Positions 27,300 through 39,563 of a stretch of DNA of 60,012 nucleotides are shown piece after piece. The notes under the pieces are model-generated. The model saw only the letters and a list, made by a program, of their open reading frames with translations, had not been told where the DNA came from and did not search any database. This stretch comes from Kofleriaceae bacterium (lineage in GTDB: Bacteria; Myxococcota_A; Polyangia; Haliangiales; Haliangiaceae): NCBI GenBank assembly GCA_046597055.1, contig JBKJLC010000229.1, positions 1-60,012 on the forward strand, in the 5' to 3' direction. How positions within the stretch are numbered: position 1 is the first letter of the stretch; every line of letters begins with the position of its first letter. The translations under genes were made by a program, and so were the position numbers.

Positions 27300-27980
27300 A
27301 TGTTGTACCTCCGTGTCGTTGGCGTGATCGGGGCGCTGGGGTTGGTCGGGTGTGCCACGGCCAACGATGCCGATGTGACCGATGCGCGGCGTGGGGTCGA
27401 TCCCGTCCCGGACGGACCCGAGGCGGAGCCCGATGCGGCGGAGCCCGATGCGGCCGCGCCCGACGCGGCCAGCCTGGACGCACCCGCGGTCGTGATCGAC
27501 GCGCGCCCGCCGATCGACGCGGCGCCGGTCGTGATCGATGCCCCGCTGCCGATCGACGCCGGCACCGTGGTCGGAAGCACCGACACCTGCGCGCAGCCGC
27601 CGGACATCACCACCGCGGCGATGGCGGCCACCGGCGTGACCCTGACCGGCTCGACCGCCGGCTTCGCCAACGACATCGCGATGCCGAACAATACCTGCAC
27701 CGGCTACCCGACCGCGGGCCCCGACGCGATCTATGCGCTCGACCTGCCGGCCGGGCGGACCATCACCGCGACCGCCGCGGGCTCCTGGGACATCGCGTTG
27801 ATGCTGGTGACGCCGTGCTCCACCACGCCCACGTGCCTGCGCGGCGATGATAACGGCCTGAGCGGCGTTACCGAAAGCGTGACCTATGCGACCCCGGCGG
27901 CCGGGCGGGTCTACGTGGTGGTCGACGGCTACAACGCGTCGGCCAACGGCGCGTACTCTCTCACCGTGCGCGTCCAGTAG
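27300..27980 (+). CDS. Lipoprotein with DA-rich linker and PPC-like C-terminal domain
   Basis: LVGC lipobox; GPDAIY, CLRGDD, YVVVDGY...GAYSLTV. Confidence 0.8.
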   Translation: MLYLRVVGVIGALGLVGCATANDADVTDARRGVDPVPDGPEAEPDAAEPDAAAPDAASLDAPAVVIDARPPIDAAPVVIDAPLPIDAGTVVGSTDTCAQPPDITTAAMAATGVTLTGSTAGFANDIAMPNNTCTGYPTAGPDAIYALDLPAGRTITATAAGSWDIALMLVTPCSTTPTCLRGDDNGLSGVTESVTYATPAAGRVYVVVDGYNASANGAYSLTVRVQ

Positions 27981-28015
27981 CGAGCCGCGGGCGCGGCCCC
28001 GCGACCGGACCGGGG

Positions 28016-28381
28016 TCAGCGGACGGTGAGCCGCATGTGGGCAACCGAGGTGCCGCTCAGGCCATCGTGGTCGGTGACCGTGAGCGAGATCGTCGCAGGC
28101 CGGTCGCCCCGAAGCCGGATCACCGGCATGGCGGAGGTCAGCCGGCCTTGGTCGAGACGAACCTCGTCGTTCTCGACGGTCCAGGCATAGGTGAGCGTCG
28201 CAGCGCCGGCGGGATCGTCGATCGGGTCGGCCGAGGCGGTTGCGTCGAGCGTCACCGCGGTCTGGAAGCCATCGTTCTCGACGATGGCATCGGGGCTGAG
28301 CACGATCCGCGCGAGCGGCGGGCGGCCTTCGTCGGCGTGGCAGCCGGCCAGAACCACGAGAAGCCAGGTAAGCCGCCGCAC
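28016..28381 (-). CDS. Small lipoprotein with PKD/Ig-like domain
   Basis: LAGC lipobox; VTLDATASADP...LTYAW...LTVTDHDG. Confidence 0.75.
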   Translation of the reverse strand: MRRLTWLLVVLAGCHADEGRPPLARIVLSPDAIVENDGFQTAVTLDATASADPIDDPAGAATLTYAWTVENDEVRLDQGRLTSAMPVIRLRGDRPATISLTVTDHDGLSGTSVAHMRLTVR

Positions 28382-28403
28382 CCTCGCGTGATACCATGGC
28401 GAG

Positions 28404-29213
28404 GTGCTGTCCAAAACGCGCCGTGAACGGTTCAAGCCGGTCATCGGCCAGCACCTGCAGCGCGTCTACAACTTCTGCTTCCGGATGACGCTCGACACCG
28501 ACCGTGCCAGCCGGGTGGTCGAAGAGGTCTTTCACCGCGCGTACATCGGCGGCGACGACCTGCCCGAGGAGAAAGAGCGCGCGGAGCTGTGGCTCATCCA
28601 CATCGCCAACCACGTGCTCGAGAAGAAGCTGCCGCGCACGCCCGAGGTCAGCTTCGAGATCCTCGACGAGACCCTGCGCAGCGAGGCGACCCGCACCGAC
28701 GTGGTCCGCTCGATCACCGACCCCCAGCGCGACTTCCTGCTGTGGGAGCTCAAGCAGGGCTGCATGACCAGCGTGATCAACTGCCTGTCGCCGGGCGAGC
28801 GCGCCGCGTTCGTCACCGCGCAGGTGATGAAGCTCCCCGACGACGACGCCGCCAAGGCGCTCGGCGTGACGGTCAGCGCCTATCGCGTGCGGCTGTCGCG
28901 CGCTCGCCAGAAGGTCGGCGACTACCTGGCGCCGCGCTGCGAGCACATCGATCCCAAGAACCCGTGCCGGTGCCCGGCCCGGGTCGGGACCGCGCTCAAG
29001 AAGGGCTTCATCTCGCCGCCGCAGGGGGGCCTGGTGTCGCTGCGCAAGCAGCCCACGCCCTACGGCCGCTACGGCGCCAACGCCAACGGCGACGATGCGC
29101 CCCAGCGCGACGTCGCGGCGATCTACGGCACCTTGCCGGAGCCCGAGGTCGGCGCGGGGCTGCTCGACCGCATGGTCGCGGCCCTCGACGCCGGCGCCTG
29201 GGACAAGAAGTAG
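28404..29213 (+). CDS. ECF sigma-70 factor with Cys-containing C-terminal extension
   Basis: Region 2 VYNFCFRM...EEVF...WL.HIA.N; region 4 LSPGER...ALGVTVSAYRVRLSRAR; tail RCEHIDPKNPCRC. Confidence 0.88.
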   Translation: MLSKTRRERFKPVIGQHLQRVYNFCFRMTLDTDRASRVVEEVFHRAYIGGDDLPEEKERAELWLIHIANHVLEKKLPRTPEVSFEILDETLRSEATRTDVVRSITDPQRDFLLWELKQGCMTSVINCLSPGERAAFVTAQVMKLPDDDAAKALGVTVSAYRVRLSRARQKVGDYLAPRCEHIDPKNPCRCPARVGTALKKGFISPPQGGLVSLRKQPTPYGRYGANANGDDAPQRDVAAIYGTLPEPEVGAGLLDRMVAALDAGAWDKK

Positions 29214-29240
29214 CGCGCCCCGCGCGGAAGCGCTGACGCG

Positions 29241-30416
29241 TCAGGATCGCGCGGCGGCGAACGCGCGCTCGAGGTCGCCGCGCAGATCGGCGAGGTCCTC
29301 GATGCCGACCGACAGGCGGATGAAGCCGTCGGCGATGCCGAGCGCGGTGCGGCGATCCACCGGCACGCTGGCGTGGGTCATGATCGCGGGGTGCTCGATC
29401 AGCGACTCGACGCCGCCGAGCGACTCGGCGAGCGTGAAGATCTGGCAGGCCGACAGGAACTTGCGCGACTCGTCGAGCCCGCCGTCGAGCACGAACGAGA
29501 TCATGCCGCCGAAGCCCGAGGCCTGCTTGCGGGCGAGGTCGTGCTGCGGATGGCTGGTCAGGCCCGGGTAGATGACCTTGGCGACCTGCGGGTGGCCGAC
29601 CAGCCAGTCGGCGATCGCGCGCGCGTTCTCCTCGTGGCGCTGCATGCGGATGTGCAGGGTCTTGGTCCCGCGCATCACCAGGAAGCTGTCCATCGGCGAG
29701 ATCACCGCGCCGACCGCGTTCTGCAGGAACGCCAGCCGCGCGCGCAGCTCGGGATCCTTCACGACCAGCGCGCCGCCGACGACGTCGGAGTGGCCGTTCA
29801 GGTACTTCGTCATCGAGTGGCACACGATGTCGGCGCCGAGCTCGAGCGGCCGCTGCAGGAACGGCGTCATGAACGTGTTGTCGACCGCGAGCAAGATATC
29901 CCGGGCGCGGCACACCTCGGCCACCGCCGCGATGTCGACCAGCTTGAGCATCGGGTTGGTCGGGGTCTCGACCCACACCATCCTGGTGTTGGGCCGGATC
30001 GCCGCCGCCACCGCGGCGCCGCCGCCGAGCGGATCGACGTAGGTGAACTCGAAGCCGAAGCGCCGGAAGACCTTGTCGAACAGGCGGAAGGTGCCGCCGT
30101 AGAGGTCGTCGCACGCGATGATGTGGGCGCCGCTGTCGAACAGCTGCAGGATGGTCGAGGTCGCGGCCAGGCCGGAGGCGAAGCACAGCCCGGCGGTGCC
30201 GCCCTCGAGCGAGGCCAGGTTGGCCTCGAGCGCGAAGCGGGTGAGGTTGTGCGTCCGCGAGTACTCGAACCCCTTGTGGACGCCGGGCGCTTCCTGGACG
30301 TACGTCGAGGTGTAGTAGACCGGCGTCATCACCGCGCCGGTGGTCGGATCGGGCGGTTGTCCGGCGTGGATCGCGCGGGTGCCGAAGCCGAGAGTCGGGT
30401 CGTCGTGGCTGGCCAT
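29241..30416 (-). CDS. Cystathionine gamma-synthase/gamma-lyase (PLP transsulfuration family)
   Basis: YSRTHN, FASGLAA, ETPTNP, DNTF, SMTKYLNGHSD, AESLGGVESL. Confidence 0.95.
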   Translation of the reverse strand: MASHDDPTLGFGTRAIHAGQPPDPTTGAVMTPVYYTSTYVQEAPGVHKGFEYSRTHNLTRFALEANLASLEGGTAGLCFASGLAATSTILQLFDSGAHIIACDDLYGGTFRLFDKVFRRFGFEFTYVDPLGGGAAVAAAIRPNTRMVWVETPTNPMLKLVDIAAVAEVCRARDILLAVDNTFMTPFLQRPLELGADIVCHSMTKYLNGHSDVVGGALVVKDPELRARLAFLQNAVGAVISPMDSFLVMRGTKTLHIRMQRHEENARAIADWLVGHPQVAKVIYPGLTSHPQHDLARKQASGFGGMISFVLDGGLDESRKFLSACQIFTLAESLGGVESLIEHPAIMTHASVPVDRRTALGIADGFIRLSVGIEDLADLRGDLERAFAAARS

Positions 30417-30426
30417 GATGCTTGCC

Positions 30427-30912
<486 letters not shown>

Positions 30913-30977
30913 GCGCCGGTAATAACACGGGCGCCATGCTGCTTGTCGCGCCGGCGCGCGCCCGCAATACTCGGGAG

Positions 30978-32336
30978 GTGACGCGCGGTCCCCTCGCTGT
31001 GCTGGTCGGGCTCGGCGTCGCGTTCGCCGGAGCCAGCCCCGCGTGGGCCGAGCGGATCGCTGACATCCGGATCGACGGCAACACCAAGACCACCGACCGG
31101 ACGGTCGGGTTGATCGCCGGCATCTCGCGCGGCGACGACCTGTCGCCGGCGGTCGCCGACCGGATCCGCCGCGACCTGGTCTCGAGCGGGCTGTTCCGCG
31201 ACGTCGAGGTCTACTGGGAGGCGGTCCCCGATGGCGGCGGCGTGCGCCTGGTGATCGTCGCGCGCGACAAACACTCGTGGGTGATCGCGCCGGCCTTCTA
31301 CAACCAGCCGACCAACCAGGGTGGCGGGGTCGGCTTCGGTGAGAACAACCTGTTCGGCGAGAACAAGAAGCTCCTGCTGTACGGCCAGCTCGCGAGCGGC
31401 GACACGTTCTTCATCGGCGCCTACGTCGATCCTTCGATCGCCGCGACCCGCTTCCACTGGCAGTTCGACGTCTTCCTGAAGAGCGGCCGCATCTTCGAGT
31501 ACGCCGCCCCCGACGCGTGGCGCAGCGATCCGCACGCGGTGCGGCAGTCGCGGCTCTGGTACGCCAACACCGGCGTCCGGTTCGGTGTCGACCTGTGGAA
31601 GGGCGTCTCGTTCGACCTGCGCCTGCGCGGGGCCAAGGTCGGCTACTCCGACGTCAAGCTGGCGTCCGATCAGGTCGCGATCGAAGAGATCACCGGCGAT
31701 CCGACCTCGACCCGGGTGCCGGCGCCCGGCGTCGAGGGCTACGACGTGTCGACCGAGCTGGTGCTCGGCATCGACACCCGCGCCAACTGGTACGGCATCG
31801 CGTCGGGCTCGCGGTTCGTCGCCAGCTTCGAGCACGCCCTGCCCGGGCTCGGCTCCGACTTCATCTACTGGTACTCCAGCGTGCAGCTGTCGCGCGCGAT
31901 CCGGCTGCTCGAGCGCCACAACCTGACCTTGAAGGGCGCGATCGGCTACGGCCACGACCTGCCGTTCCAGCAGGAGTACAAGGCGGGCGGCACCGCGCAG
32001 CGCGGCTGGAAGAACGATCAATTCCGCGGCGACAGCAAGGTCACCGCCAACGTCGAGTACGCGGTGCCGCTGTTCACGGTCAAGGGCCTGGCCGTGCGCG
32101 GGCTCGGCTTCGTCGATGCGTCGTACCTGACGTTTCGCGATGCCACCGACACCGCTGAACGCGACTACTTGCCGGGCAGCGACGTGAAGGGGCTGGCCCC
32201 GCTCAAGAGCTCGGTCGGCGTCGGCACGCGGCTCTATCTTCGGCAGATCGTGCTGCCCCTCCTGGGGCTCGATTTCGGGTACGGTCTCGAGCGGGGTGCC
32301 TACGAGATCTATCTGGCCATCGGTCTTACTGATTAG
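30978..32336 (+). CDS. Omp85 (BamA/TamA-like) outer-membrane protein with a single POTRA domain
   Basis: IRIDGNTKT...L.SSGLFRDV (POTRA), GENNLFG, barrel strands, QRGW, GVGTRLY. Alternative start at 30936. Confidence 0.8.
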   Translation: MTRGPLAVLVGLGVAFAGASPAWAERIADIRIDGNTKTTDRTVGLIAGISRGDDLSPAVADRIRRDLVSSGLFRDVEVYWEAVPDGGGVRLVIVARDKHSWVIAPAFYNQPTNQGGGVGFGENNLFGENKKLLLYGQLASGDTFFIGAYVDPSIAATRFHWQFDVFLKSGRIFEYAAPDAWRSDPHAVRQSRLWYANTGVRFGVDLWKGVSFDLRLRGAKVGYSDVKLASDQVAIEEITGDPTSTRVPAPGVEGYDVSTELVLGIDTRANWYGIASGSRFVASFEHALPGLGSDFIYWYSSVQLSRAIRLLERHNLTLKGAIGYGHDLPFQQEYKAGGTAQRGWKNDQFRGDSKVTANVEYAVPLFTVKGLAVRGLGFVDASYLTFRDATDTAERDYLPGSDVKGLAPLKSSVGVGTRLYLRQIVLPLLGLDFGYGLERGAYEIYLAIGLTD

Positions 32337-33993
32337 CGCGTGTAGCAGCGGTACGGCGGTGAAGGCGACCCCGGCGGCGGCGACGATGGTGCTGGTCGGC
32401 GGCGACGTCATCACCAACGATCCGGCCCGGCCGCGCGCGCAGGCGATCGCGGTGGGGGGCAACCGGGTGCTCGCGGTCGGTGACGACGCCGACATCCGCG
32501 CGCTGGTCGGCCCCGAGACCCGCGTGATCGAGCTGGCCGGGCGCACCGTGACCGCGGGCCTGGTCGACGGCCACTGCCACCTCTACGGGCTCGGCAGCGC
32601 CAGCGAGCAGGTGTCGCTCAAGGGCCTGGGGTCCGAGCAGGCCGCGGCGACCGTGGTCGCCGACGCGGCCAAGGCGCGCGCGCCCGGCGAGTGGATCACC
32701 GGCCGCGGCTGGGACCAGAACCGATGGGGCGGCATTTTCCCGACCAAGGCCAGCCTCGACCTCGTGCTCGGCGCTCGACCGGCGGCGCTGCGCCGGGTCG
32801 ACGGCCACGCGCTCTGGGCCAACAGCGCGGCCCTGAAGCTGGCCGGGATCACCCGGGCGACGCCGGATCCGGCCGGCGGCAAGATCGTGCGCGACGCCGC
32901 CGGCGAGCCGACCGGCGTGCTGATCGACCTCGCGATGGAGCTGGTCGAGGCCCAGGTCCCGAGCGCGCCGCCCGAGGTGCGCGCGCGCCGGATCCGAGCC
33001 GCCGCCCAGCTCGCGATCGAGGCCGGGCTGACCGGCGTGCACGAGATGGGCATCGACGACACCACCGCCGCCGTCTACCGCGAGCTCACCACGGCGCGCG
33101 CCGCGGGCGCACGGGGCGCCTTGCCGCTGCGGGTGACCGCGTATCTCGAGGGCTCGCCGGCGCTGGCGGCGACCCTGGCCCAGCGCGCGCGCGAGCCCGA
33201 CGACGGCGACGACTACTTCGCGATCGTCGGCATGAAGTTGTACGCCGACGGGGCGCTCGGCTCGCGCGGCGCCGCGCTCGCGGCCGACTACAGCGACGAG
33301 CCCGGCAACCGGGGCCTGTGGGTGACCGAGCCGGCCGCGCTGACCACCGCGGTCGGGCAGGCCGCCGATGCCGGCTGGCAGGTCGCGACCCACGCGATCG
33401 GCGACGCCGCCATCCACGCCACGCTCGATGCCTACCAGGCCGCGATCAGCGCCCATCCCGGGCAGGATCTGCGGCTGCGGGTCGAGCACGCGCAGGTCAT
33501 GCTGCCGGCCGACATCCCGCGGATGGCGAGGCTCGGCGTGCTCGCGTCGATGCAGCCGACCCACGCGACCAGCGACATGCCGTGGGCCGAGGCCCGGCTG
33601 GGCGCCCGGCGGATCCTCGGCACCTATGCGTGGCGCAGCTTCCTCGACGTCGGCGCGACCCTGGTCGCCGGCAGCGACTTTCCCATCGAGGAGACCTCGC
33701 CGATGTTCGGCCTCTACGCGGCGGTGACCCGCCAGGACCCGAACGGACAACCCGTCGGCGGCTGGTATCCACACCAGCGCATGACGCTCGACGAGGCGCT
33801 GTTCGCGTTCACCGCGGCGCCGGCGCGGGCCGGCTTCGTCGAGGCCCACCGCGGCCGCCTGGCCGCCGGCTTCGTCGCCGACGTCACCGTCTTCGACCGC
33901 CCGCTGGCGCCCGATCGCACGCTGCTCGACACCCGCGCCGACCTGACGATCGTCGGCGGCGAGGTCGTCTACGAACGCGGAGTGGAGCGGTAA
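32296..33993 (+). CDS. Amidohydrolase 3 (YtcJ-like)
   Basis: GLVDGHCH, GRGWD, RVDGHALWANS, KLYADGALGSRGA, HAIGD, RVEHAQ, GSDFP. Confidence 0.92.
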   Translation: MPTRSIWPSVLLISACSSGTAVKATPAAATMVLVGGDVITNDPARPRAQAIAVGGNRVLAVGDDADIRALVGPETRVIELAGRTVTAGLVDGHCHLYGLGSASEQVSLKGLGSEQAAATVVADAAKARAPGEWITGRGWDQNRWGGIFPTKASLDLVLGARPAALRRVDGHALWANSAALKLAGITRATPDPAGGKIVRDAAGEPTGVLIDLAMELVEAQVPSAPPEVRARRIRAAAQLAIEAGLTGVHEMGIDDTTAAVYRELTTARAAGARGALPLRVTAYLEGSPALAATLAQRAREPDDGDDYFAIVGMKLYADGALGSRGAALAADYSDEPGNRGLWVTEPAALTTAVGQAADAGWQVATHAIGDAAIHATLDAYQAAISAHPGQDLRLRVEHAQVMLPADIPRMARLGVLASMQPTHATSDMPWAEARLGARRILGTYAWRSFLDVGATLVAGSDFPIEETSPMFGLYAAVTRQDPNGQPVGGWYPHQRMTLDEALFAFTAAPARAGFVEAHRGRLAAGFVADVTVFDRPLAPDRTLLDTRADLTIVGGEVVYERGVER

Positions 33994-33999
33994 CTCTCC

Positions 34000-36063
34000 A
34001 TGCGGTTCTGTCCGTGGTGCAGCGCGGAGAACGCCAGCGAGGCGTCGAGCTGTGCCGCGTGCGGACGCCGCCTGCCGCCGCTGCCGACCCGCAAGCAGAA
34101 GGCACCGGGCCCGGCGACCGCGATCACCCCGGCGCCCGCGGTCACCCCGGCGCCCGCGCTGTCCACGGCGGCGTCGGCTGCCGACGACGAGCGGCGCGCG
34201 CTGCGCACCAGCTTGCTGCCCGCGCCGGCCGCGGCCCGCCGCAAGGCCGCGACCCTCGAGCCGCGCCCGGCCGGCGCTGACGCCCGCCGCCACGATGATC
34301 GCCAGGTGACCGCGCCGTATCCGGATCCGACCCCGCCGCCGGGCCCATCCGCTGCCGCGCCGTATCCGGATCCGACCCCGCCGCCAGGTCCCGCGGCTAC
34401 CGCCCCGCACCCGGCGGGCCCACCGCCCGCCGCGACCGTCCAGGCTCGCCCCGAGCTCGCGCAGCCCGTCGCCCCCCGGCCGTCGCCGCGACTCGACACC
34501 GACCCGGTGACCGTCGCGTCGCCGCCGCCGGACACCGCGACCCGCCCGATCGATGCCTCCTGGTTGATCGAATCGAGCGGCTACGACGAGGACCTCGACG
34601 GCCCCCTGGCGCCCCCGCCTTCGCCGTTCATGGCACCGGCACCGGCACCGGCGCTCGCGCGCCCGATGAGCCCGCTCACCCTCGGCGCGATCCCGCTCGG
34701 CCCGTCCCCGCGCCGCCGCGAGACCCTGCCGCCGCCCAGCCCGTCGGGACCGCCCTCGGGACTCACCCCGGTGCCATCGCCGGCCCCGGCCGCGGCTCGG
34801 ACCACGCATCCGACCCCGACGCCCACGCCACCGCCGCCGCCGCCGCGCTCGTCGCCGTCGATCACCCCGCCGCCCGGCCCGCTCGGCCGTGCCACCACGC
34901 CGCCGCCGGTCTCGCCCAAGGCGACCCCATCCGCGACCCGCGGCCCCGGCCGCGACCACACCAACCTCGATCCGCCACCGACCCGCATCGTCCGCGCCGA
35001 CGAGCTGGCCGATCGGCCGTTCACCCCGCCGGCGGTCCTGCCGATCCCCGGCGTCCCCGAGCCCGGGCTGGTCAACGCGGCCCGCTACGCGGTCACCTTC
35101 GCGCGCGCGCGCTGGCAGCGCCGCCGCGCGGTCAAGCTCCTCCAGGTCGAGATCCAGGGCGACACCGACGCGCTCGACGTGGTCCTCGGCACGCTCGGCC
35201 GCGAGGTCCGCACGCTCGGGATCGACAACCGCGTCCTCTCCGGCGAGAACGCGGCGATCACCGAGGCCGAGCAGCGCAAGGACCTGACCGTGGCGCAGGC
35301 GGCGGAGATCGTCACGCGCCGTGCCGACGAGCACGCCAAGTTCGAGGACATCGAGCGCGAGCGGACGACCAAGGTCACCGACTCCGAGAAGGTCCTCGAC
35401 GACGCCCAGCGCGAGCAGGCCAACTTCGAGGCCCAGCGCCGCGGCGTGCGCGATAAGCGCAAGGAGCTCGAGCGCCGCCAGAAGGCGTACCTGACCTCGG
35501 CCGAGCAGCGCGACACCGAGGCCGGCAACGCGCCGATGGGCGAGGTGCGCGCCGAGCTGCGCCGGCTCGCCGAGGGCCACCGCCGCGAGGCCGCGACCCT
35601 CGATCCCGAGCGGCAAGATCTCGAGCGTCGGCTGGCCGCGCTCGATCGCCCGCTGGCCGCGGCCCAGACCAAGGTCGAGGCCACCAAGGTCGAGGTCGAG
35701 CAGCTCCGGCGCTCGCTCCACGACGCGCGCGAGGGCCACCGCCACCGGCTGGCCGAGCTCGACGCCGAGCAGGGCCGCAAGACCCGGGAGCAGGAGCTGA
35801 TCGTCGCCGAGATCCACCGGCGGCTGGTCACCCTCGGCACGCTGACCAACCTGCACCGCGTCGAGCGGCCGGAGTTCGACGAGCTCTACCAGCGCATCGA
35901 TCGCCTGCGCAGCGCGATCAACGCGCGTACGACCGAGATCGATCGGCTCACCGCCGAGCGCGAGGCGTTCGATCGCGGCTCGCTCCTGCGCGGGTATGCG
36001 GTGCTCGGCGGCGCGGTGGTGCTGGTGATCACCCTGATCGTGATCATCCTCGCGCTCACGTAA
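34000..36063 (+). CDS. Zinc-ribbon, Pro-rich, coiled-coil, C-terminally anchored membrane protein
   Basis: CPWC..CAACG N-terminus, long Pro/Thr linker, heptad-rich helix, C-terminal TM. Confidence 0.8.
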   Translation: MRFCPWCSAENASEASSCAACGRRLPPLPTRKQKAPGPATAITPAPAVTPAPALSTAASAADDERRALRTSLLPAPAAARRKAATLEPRPAGADARRHDDRQVTAPYPDPTPPPGPSAAAPYPDPTPPPGPAATAPHPAGPPPAATVQARPELAQPVAPRPSPRLDTDPVTVASPPPDTATRPIDASWLIESSGYDEDLDGPLAPPPSPFMAPAPAPALARPMSPLTLGAIPLGPSPRRRETLPPPSPSGPPSGLTPVPSPAPAAARTTHPTPTPTPPPPPPRSSPSITPPPGPLGRATTPPPVSPKATPSATRGPGRDHTNLDPPPTRIVRADELADRPFTPPAVLPIPGVPEPGLVNAARYAVTFARARWQRRRAVKLLQVEIQGDTDALDVVLGTLGREVRTLGIDNRVLSGENAAITEAEQRKDLTVAQAAEIVTRRADEHAKFEDIERERTTKVTDSEKVLDDAQREQANFEAQRRGVRDKRKELERRQKAYLTSAEQRDTEAGNAPMGEVRAELRRLAEGHRREAATLDPERQDLERRLAALDRPLAAAQTKVEATKVEVEQLRRSLHDAREGHRHRLAELDAEQGRKTREQELIVAEIHRRLVTLGTLTNLHRVERPEFDELYQRIDRLRSAINARTTEIDRLTAEREAFDRGSLLRGYAVLGGAVVLVITLIVIILALT
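34310..34385 (+). repeat. Intragenic direct repeat (31 bp identical, 45-bp period) encoding APYPDPTPPPGP twice
   Basis: CCGCGCCGTATCCGGATCCGACCCCGCCGCC at 34310 and 34355. Confidence 0.85.
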
Positions 36064-36155
36064 GAGCGGCTCGGGCCTCCCGAGTGAGACAGTGTAGGCG
36101 GCAAATCCGAAGCGATCGCGCGGCGTTCCGGCAGGCATGTGCTAGTGTCGCTTCC

Positions 36156-37265
36156 GTGCCCCTGGTTCTCGTCTCGAACAACAGCGAGCTTTTGAGGCAC
36201 CTGGCGACGCCTACCTTCCGCCGGCTGGAGCTCGAGCACCACGTGGCGTCGAGCGGCGACGAGGCCAAGCGGCTGTTCGAGACGCTGCGGCCCTCGCTGG
36301 TGATCCTCGATGCCGAGATGGCCGGCCTCACCGGCTACCAGCTCACCGAGCACTTCAAGGCGGTCGCGCCCGCGACCCGGGTCGTGCTGGTGGTCGGCAA
36401 GCGCATGACCGGCGACCAGATGCGCCGCGCCGGTGGCTGTGGCTGCGACGAGCTGCTGGTCGCGCCGATGAGCGCCGATGAGCTCTACGACGTGGTCGCC
36501 ATCCAGCTCGGTCGGCCGCGTCGCGGCGCCGAGCGCTACAAGATCGAGATCCTCGTCGGTGGCGTGGTGGTCGAGGCCGCGATCACCAACCTGTCGGTCG
36601 ACGGCGTGCGCGCGGTGGTCACCGAGCAGGCGGTGACCGAGGGCGCCGCGTTCGCCATCCGCATCACGCCGGAAGACAGCGCCACCACGATCGACATCCC
36701 GGCCAAGGCGGTCTGGGCCCAGGCCTCGGGCGCCAAGACCGTCATCGGCGGTGAGTTCCCCGGCCTCGACGAGCGCGCGCGGGCCATGCTGGCGCGGCTG
36801 ACCCAGTGGGAGATCGTCGACGAGACCCAGCGCACCCGCGCGGTGCTCAAGGGCGACTTCACCGAGGCGACCCGGTTCGACGACCTGATGCCGTCGATGG
36901 TCGGCCGGGTCGACTTCGACATGGCCCAGGTGACCTACATGAACTCACTTGGCGTGCGCGCCTGGTGCGAGTTCCTGCGGGCGGCCCCGATCCAGGGCTA
37001 CGAGTTCCACGCTTGCTCGGTGCCGTTCATCCTGCAGGCGTCGATGGTCGAGGACGTGGTCGGCCGCGGCACGGTGGCGTCCTTCTTCGCGCCGTACCAC
37101 TGCTCGAGCTGCGACCACCAGGAAGAGCGCCTGCTGCAGTCGGCCGCGCTGCTCGCCTCGCGGCTCGAGCCGCCGAGCTTCCAGTGCCCCAAGTGCGACG
37201 GGCCGCTCACGTTCGACGACCTGCCGGAGCGCTACTTTGCGTTCCTCCAGCAAGACAGCCGTTAG
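36156..37265 (+). CDS. Receiver-PilZ-STAS-like protein with terminal CxxC/CxxC
   Basis: VILDAEM..LTG (REC); RRGAER and NLSVDG (PilZ); VTYMNSLGVRAW (STAS-like); CSSC...CPKC. Confidence 0.8.
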   Translation: MPLVLVSNNSELLRHLATPTFRRLELEHHVASSGDEAKRLFETLRPSLVILDAEMAGLTGYQLTEHFKAVAPATRVVLVVGKRMTGDQMRRAGGCGCDELLVAPMSADELYDVVAIQLGRPRRGAERYKIEILVGGVVVEAAITNLSVDGVRAVVTEQAVTEGAAFAIRITPEDSATTIDIPAKAVWAQASGAKTVIGGEFPGLDERARAMLARLTQWEIVDETQRTRAVLKGDFTEATRFDDLMPSMVGRVDFDMAQVTYMNSLGVRAWCEFLRAAPIQGYEFHACSVPFILQASMVEDVVGRGTVASFFAPYHCSSCDHQEERLLQSAALLASRLEPPSFQCPKCDGPLTFDDLPERYFAFLQQDSR

Positions 37266-37274
37266 CCCCTAATC

Positions 37275-37415
37275 CCGGTGGCCCTGAGCCAGGGCTCGCG
37301 CAGCGAGCCCGCGGTCGAAGGGCAGATCGTCGAAGATCACGTGCTGCACCTTGCCCTTCGACTTCGCACTGCGCGCTTCTAAGGGCTTCTAAGGGCTTCT
37401 AAGGGGCACCGGGAA
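37275..37415. repeat. Palindromic REP/MITE-like repeat copy C, with a 10-bp tandem triplication in the right arm
   Basis: CCGGTGGCCCTGAGCCAGGGCTCGCGCAGCGAGCCCGCGGTCGAAGGGCAGATCGTCGAAGATCACGTGCTGCACCTT differs from the copy at 56709 by 2 mismatches; GCTTCTAAGG x3 at 37375-37404. Confidence 0.85.
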
Positions 37416-37485
37416 AGGCTGGCCTTGCGGATGGCGAGGCTGGCCGCGCAGCCGCAGGTGGTCGCCCGCGTGGCGCAGGGCAGGG

Positions 37486-38295
<810 letters not shown>

Positions 38296-38303
38296 GAAGC
38301 GCT

Positions 38304-39562
<1,259 letters not shown>

Positions 39563-39563
<1 letters not shown>

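Noticed and set aside
37375..37405. Short tandem repeats here and at 34310, 41400 and 50731 considered as CRISPR arrays
   Set aside because: No unique spacers of CRISPR length, too few units, no cas genes.
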